The notes under the pieces were generated by a model, which had not been told where the DNA came from, searched no databases, and saw only the letters and a program-made list of their open reading frames with translations. Positions 30,338 through 32,000 of a stretch of DNA of 32,000 bases are shown in pieces; position 1 is the stretch's first letter, and each line of letters starts with the position of its first letter. A program made the translations under genes and the position numbers. The stretch covers positions 1,140,001 through 1,172,000 of the forward strand of contig NC_010814.1 of NCBI RefSeq assembly GCF_000020385.1, in the 5' to 3' direction. Origin of the DNA: Trichlorobacter lovleyi SZ (GTDB lineage: Bacteria; Desulfobacterota; Desulfuromonadia; Geobacterales; Pseudopelobacteraceae).

Positions 30338-32000
30338 ATGAAAAATACTGATATGCATAGCAACCAGTTGGTGCCGGAGGAACAGCAGCAAGGATTGTCC
30401 GGACGATTGGCGGCGTTGGTACCCCTGACCTTCAGGGGGCGTGCGATGCTGTTTCTGTTCCCAATGATTGTTATTATTTCAATGGTTTATACCTTTGAGT
30501 CGATTTCAACCGAGAGGAAGATTCTCAAGAGCGAAATCATCAAAAAAGGGGAGACCATTGCTGCAATTGCTGCACGGAATGCCGAGCTGTCGTTGCTCTC
30601 TGAAAATTTTGAACAGCTGAAAATTTCTGCCCAGCCGTTGATGGAGATCAAGGATGTTGCCTTTGTTTCATTCCTCAACAAGCGTTCTGAGATCCTGCTT
30701 CATGAAGGGAAGCAGTACCCGTTGACGTCACCCCTGACACTGGGAAGTGACCGCTTGATCAGCTTTTCCGAACATGATGACGTCTTTGAATTTATTGTGC
30801 CGGTGATAACGATTAAGGCTGCAGAGGGATTCTTCCTGTTGGAAGGGAATGGTGCTGATGCAACGGTCAGGGAACAGATCGGCTGGGTCAGGATCGGCCT
30901 TTCCAAGGAGGTTATGAGCCGCTCCGAGCATCGTATTATCATTCGGGGCAGTATGCTGGCAGTCGCTTTTTCTATTGTTGGCGCCCTGTTGCTGTACCTG
31001 TTTGTCTCCCTGGCAACCAGACCGCTGTATGCGCTCATCGATGCGGTCAAAGAGGTCCGGGAGGGTGAGCACCCGGAGGTTCCCGTTTTGTCGCCCAAGA
31101 GCGAAATAGGCCGCCTTACCGCAGAATTCAACCGGATGAGCCGTGCCATAAAGGAGCGGGAAGATGAGCTGAAGCGGCATCGCGATCATCTTGAAGAGCT
31201 GGTTGCTGAACGCACAGCTGAGTTGACCATTGCAAAGGAACAGGCCGAGTCAGCCAATCGGGCTAAAAGTGATTTTCTCTCAAGTATGAGTCATGAACTG
31301 CGCACACCGCTGAATGCCATCCTGGGCTATGCCCAGATACTCCGGCTGCATAACAATCTGTCGGATATACAGCGGCAACAGCTGGATATTATGCGGAACA
31401 GTGGTGAACATCTGCTGACATTGATCAATGATATCCTTGATGTGGGCAAAATTGAAGCCAACAAGATGGATGTTGAAGATGCCGTGTTCGATCTGCCGGC
31501 CCTGATTGCCCAGGTCTTTAATCTTACCAAACTGCAGGCGGAAGAGAAGGAGCTGCAGTTTCACTACGAACCGGAAACCCCGTTACCGGCGTATGTGCAC
31601 GGGGATGAGCGCAAGTTGCGCCAGATTTTACTGAACCTGCTTTCAAATGCGGTTAAATATACCCGCCGGGGCAGTGTTACCATGCGGGTGAGCTATGGCC
31701 GTGCCGGAGACGGCCTGTTTCGCTGTGAGGTGGCGGATACCGGCATTGGTATTCCTGCTGATAAACTGGGTGTCATCTTTGAACCGTTTACCCAGCTCAC
31801 CAATGACCGGCAGGGCCGCGAAGGGACCGGACTCGGGCTTAATATCACAAAGCGCCTGCTGACACTCATACAGGGTACCATGGGGGTGGAGAGCATACCC
31901 GGTAAAGGCAGCACATTCTGGTTGGAGGTGCCACTGGCGTCATTGCTGGACGACGAAATTTCCCAGGAAATGAATGAATGCCATATTGTCGGTTACCGGG
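30338..32000 (+). CDS. Sensor histidine kinase (2 TM with an extracytoplasmic loop, HAMP, HisKA, HATPase_c); continues beyond the right window edge
   Basis: Absent from the track because it is open at the edge. I translated it by hand with no stop from ATG 30338 to 32000. The H-box is SDFLSSMSHELRTPLNAILGYAQIL, the N-box LRQILLNLLSNAVKYT, and the G-boxes DTGIGIP and GTGLGLNITKRL. The HAMP-like part is RPLYALIDAVKEV...IGRLTAEFNRM. Confidence 0.88.
   Translation, partial: MKNTDMHSNQLVPEEQQQGLSGRLAALVPLTFRGRAMLFLFPMIVIISMVYTFESISTERKILKSEIIKKGETIAAIAARNAELSLLSENFEQLKISAQPLMEIKDVAFVSFLNKRSEILLHEGKQYPLTSPLTLGSDRLISFSEHDDVFEFIVPVITIKAAEGFFLLEGNGADATVREQIGWVRIGLSKEVMSRSEHRIIIRGSMLAVAFSIVGALLLYLFVSLATRPLYALIDAVKEVREGEHPEVPVLSPKSEIGRLTAEFNRMSRAIKEREDELKRHRDHLEELVAERTAELTIAKEQAESANRAKSDFLSSMSHELRTPLNAILGYAQILRLHNNLSDIQRQQLDIMRNSGEHLLTLINDILDVGKIEANKMDVEDAVFDLPALIAQVFNLTKLQAEEKELQFHYEPETPLPAYVHGDERKLRQILLNLLSNAVKYTRRGSVTMRVSYGRAGDGLFRCEVADTGIGIPADKLGVIFEPFTQLTNDRQGREGTGLGLNITKRLLTLIQGTMGVESIPGKGSTFWLEVPLASLLDDEISQEMNECHIVGYR

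Overview
High-GC bacterial chromosome, by eye about 60% GC over 1-25300 and nearer 45-50% from 25350 onward. From memory, the gene content (an MJ0042-type zinc ribbon, sigma-54 machinery) and the 'CACAGAG'-type intergenic repeats resemble Geobacter/Desulfuromonadales. That assignment is an inference, not a search result. I support about 27 protein genes, and no rRNA, tRNA or CRISPR array. The left two-thirds is dominated by membrane and phospholipid genes. These are a small-TM/DUF2339/YiiX-like operon, an orphan sigma-54 enhancer-binding protein, and an ATGA-coupled operon of CDP-alcohol phosphatidyltransferase, CdsA-like protein, lytic transglycosylase and PlsC-like protein. An amidohydrolase, a DUF502 protein and a 1114-aa LplT-PlsC-Aas fusion complete the set. 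Two control regions look like siblings: each has a TTGGCAC-N5-CTGY sigma-54 motif, a GTAC-N-TGTACAT box about 90-100 bp upstream, and a tiny single-TM leader gene. Together with the adjacent enhancer-binding protein they suggest an undescribed sigma-54 membrane-lipid regulon. A sharply AT-rich AP2-like/HNH nuclease gene sits between aas and a zinc-ribbon membrane gene. It is split by a complete ISL3-family IS (14718-16119) with imperfect terminal inverted repeats and an 8-bp TAATTTTT target duplication; removing the IS in silico restores a 338-aa ORF. My top candidate for a novel system is at 20004-22753. It comprises a 2-TM protein, a radical SAM/SPASM enzyme with a roughly 215-aa extra C-terminal region, and an overlapping gene for a membrane-anchored protein ending in Asn16-Gly. 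The right end carries two divergent citrate-synthase-like genes, a divergently transcribed TPP enzyme, and a module of TonB-dependent receptor, periplasmic-binding-like protein and histidine kinase. Three long imperfect palindromes occupy intergenic gaps. All family names come from motif recognition by eye and need HMM confirmation.
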